From Bdellovibrionales bacterium (GTDB taxonomy: Bacteria > Bdellovibrionota > Bdellovibrionia > Bdellovibrionales > UBA1609): DNA of 64,000 nt. The position numbers and the translations under genes are program-made. The stretch is from positions 2,464,001 to 2,528,000 of the forward strand of contig OZ241329.1 of the NCBI GenBank assembly GCA_965199825.1, written 5' to 3'. Below are positions 62,044 through 64,000 of the stretch, in pieces. Under the pieces are notes generated by a model. The model saw only the letters and a program-made list of their open reading frames with translations, made no database searches and had not been told where the DNA came from. The first letter of the stretch is position 1. Each line of letters begins with the position of its first letter.

Positions 62044-62769
62044 TTACCTTAGTGTGAGGGCGCGAGCGCAGGGCGAAGCAGGAGGCTGAGGCAAGTAGCA
62101 GTGCTTCGATTTTGCTACGTCATTTCGGGTCATTAAAGAGGAAAGTTGGCCCACAAAAATACCCACAACCTCACCTTGAGAGTTAAGGGTTGGAGCGCCA
62201 CTCATTCCTGGAATTGCCCATGCATCTGTGAGAAATCGTTCGATTCCATTTTGCGAGACAACCCCTGGAAAGACCTTAAACTTTTCAAGCTCGGGCTCAA
62301 CACTCGCCAAAAAAATTGTGTCGCCCACTTCGGGTTGATTTGATGAAATTTTAAGCCAACTTGAGGGTCGAAAATTAAACTTCAAAAAGATGTAATCTTG
62401 CGCCCATCCATTGTGATGTTTTCGTTGTGGAGAAACAAATTCGACGCTGGCGTTGCTGACTAATAAAGTTTCATTTGTGTAAGGGTTACGAAGAAAAGTA
62501 TTGGGCAAAAAACGAATCAGCTGATGGGTTTTGATTCCTTTTCGGATATTGAGTTTTTCAAATTCACCGCTTTGCGCAAGAATTCCCTCAAGCACATGAA
62601 GATTTGTGACGAAGTCCCCGGCTTCAGAAATAAAGAATCCATTTCCTTTGCCCCCGTTTCGGTCCAACTGCCAAACCGCCGGGGCTACAGACTCCAAAGC
62701 AATTCCGGTTCGAGCTGCGGCATCAAATCCAAAACTTGCCAGTAATATCAGACCAAATAACGAGCCCAG
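62044..62769 (-). CDS. Trypsin-like serine protease, probably exported
   Basis: GNGFFI, VTNLHV, DYIFLK, PGMSGAP; in-frame signal-like extension upstream of 62697. Confidence 0.8.
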   Translation of the reverse strand: MGSLFGLILLASFGFDAAARTGIALESVAPAVWQLDRNGGKGNGFFISEAGDFVTNLHVLEGILAQSGEFEKLNIRKGIKTHQLIRFLPNTFLRNPYTNETLLVSNASVEFVSPQRKHHNGWAQDYIFLKFNFRPSSWLKISSNQPEVGDTIFLASVEPELEKFKVFPGVVSQNGIERFLTDAWAIPGMSGAPTLNSQGEVVGIFVGQLSSLMTRNDVAKSKHCYLPQPPASPCARALTLR

Positions 62770-62853
62770 TCCCCACTCCTTGGAGATGTCGTGAATTCTT
62801 CACATCTTTAGGATATTTTGAAGACAGGCTCAAAACTCAACAAGGCTGGTTTG

Positions 62854-63879
62854 TTAGTACTCGAGACTGAACGACATCGATACCGGCGCGCTCGTTGCTG
62901 AGTCCTGCTGACTTAAGTGGAGGACGGCAATGGTATAGATTCCGGTGAGCACATCTGACCAAAAATGGTAAGCGATTGCGCGCTTGAGTTTTCCATGGTT
63001 GCGGTAAGTGAGGTAGCCCTCAAACAGGCCTGAAGCCAAGGCTGGAAGCCGATCATCGGTCGAATGCGAAAAGCCATAAAGGGTACTTGAAAGTGGAATA
63101 GCAAGCCAAGGGCTAACAATGGATTGCAATTCACTTTGCAAAAATCCGCGATAAAACATTTCTTCTGGAGCCGCACTTCCTACCGGAAATACCCCGAGAT
63201 AGGTCGAGCCAAATAAGATTTTTGAGGTGGTGTTGAGCTTCGGAATCGCTGGATAACTGTGATCACTTTTTAGACTTTCGTAGGAGTAAAAAAGTGCCGC
63301 CCCCGTCACTCCCAGCGCGACGTAAACCCAGGGATCATAAAGGGTTGCTTTTTCAAAGGGGGATAAAAATAAATCTTTTAAAGATGCGTCATCAATATAG
63401 CGGCTACGAAGATCGATGCCTTGGTCTGTGGCCGCTTTCCGCCAAGAATCAAAAACGTTGATCATGTGGGCCTTGATCCCGATCTCTTGGAGAATATCGG
63501 CCACCAATGATCGCGATAGATCATGACTGGAGTTATCAATCACCTGCGGACTTGTTCCATGAATGGTTCGGTAGGTCGTGCAGGTGTGAGTTGTTCGGTT
63601 GTACTTGGAGCACACGGTGCGAGTGGGAGTGCCTGGCAAAACAATGGTGCTGATCTCAGGAAGATCTTCTGGAACACCATCGAGAGTCATTGGGGATTTT
63701 GCAGAGAGATTGTAGCCGAGAGCAAAGGTTGGAACCTCAAGGCCAAATTGCCCAAGAGCCACGTCTGAACGACCCCTTAAGTATTCGCCCCCACCAGGAA
63801 CAAATAAGTTAAACCATCCGACCTCGTGGTAGCTGGCCGCCTGACAAATTTGAAAAAGCAAAATCACGAGCAAAGTCAT
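62854..63879 (-). CDS. CPBP (CAAX/Abi) family intramembrane metalloprotease
   Basis: EEMFYRG, YGFSH, AYHFWSD; N-terminal extension. Confidence 0.85.
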   Translation of the reverse strand: MTLLVILLFQICQAASYHEVGWFNLFVPGGGEYLRGRSDVALGQFGLEVPTFALGYNLSAKSPMTLDGVPEDLPEISTIVLPGTPTRTVCSKYNRTTHTCTTYRTIHGTSPQVIDNSSHDLSRSLVADILQEIGIKAHMINVFDSWRKAATDQGIDLRSRYIDDASLKDLFLSPFEKATLYDPWVYVALGVTGAALFYSYESLKSDHSYPAIPKLNTTSKILFGSTYLGVFPVGSAAPEEMFYRGFLQSELQSIVSPWLAIPLSSTLYGFSHSTDDRLPALASGLFEGYLTYRNHGKLKRAIAYHFWSDVLTGIYTIAVLHLSQQDSATSAPVSMSFSLEY

Positions 63880-64000
63880 AACTGCAATGACTTTAAAATC
63901 TGCTCCTTAGAGAATGCAAGTTTTTGCTCCACACATTTTTGAATCTCAGAATCATAGATTTTAAGATCCACTTTTTTTTGCGCCTCACGCGAGGGCATCA

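Noticed and set aside
63915..63931. TGGAGCAAAAACTTGCA upstream of the CPBP gene as a sigma54 promoter
   Set aside because: Spacing is 11 nt; sigma54 spacing is strict
1..64000. CRISPR array, tRNA/rRNA, IS, prophage or anti-phage defence genes
   Set aside because: No spaced direct repeats, RNA-gene signatures, transposase/integrase or known defence domains recognised

Overview
64 kb of AT-rich bacterial chromosome, most likely a Bdellovibrionota (Bdellovibrio-like) organism. That is an inference from the many Sec-exported orphan proteins, an AglR/Q/S-type ExbB-ExbD-ExbD motor trio, and FliA- and sigma54-type promoter motifs. No rRNA, tRNA, CRISPR array, integrase or transposase was recognised. 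Recognisable genes: liv branched-chain amino-acid ABC operon, FtsX/LolD-type ABC pair, hybrid histidine kinase, dienelactone hydrolase, DTW tRNA-modifying enzyme, DMT protein, TolC plus two RND pumps (no adaptor gene), FAD oxidoreductase, a two-gene glucose-class PTS, GH16, the DUF2844/DUF3443 pair and several predicted proteases. Most interesting: (1) a tightly coupled operon encoding a RoxA/MauG-superfamily di-haem protein, an amicyanin-like cupredoxin, an ALDH3-type aldehyde dehydrogenase and a patatin, possibly an undescribed oxidative lipid-cleavage pathway; (2) a five-gene operon of exported orphans behind a sigma54-type promoter; (3) a recurring C-x-x-x-L motif near the termini of unrelated exported proteins, possibly a sorting signal; (4) local birth-and-death of secreted paralogs (one pseudogene, one metalloprotease/pseudo-protease pair). 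All product calls come from motif recognition by eye, with no database searches.
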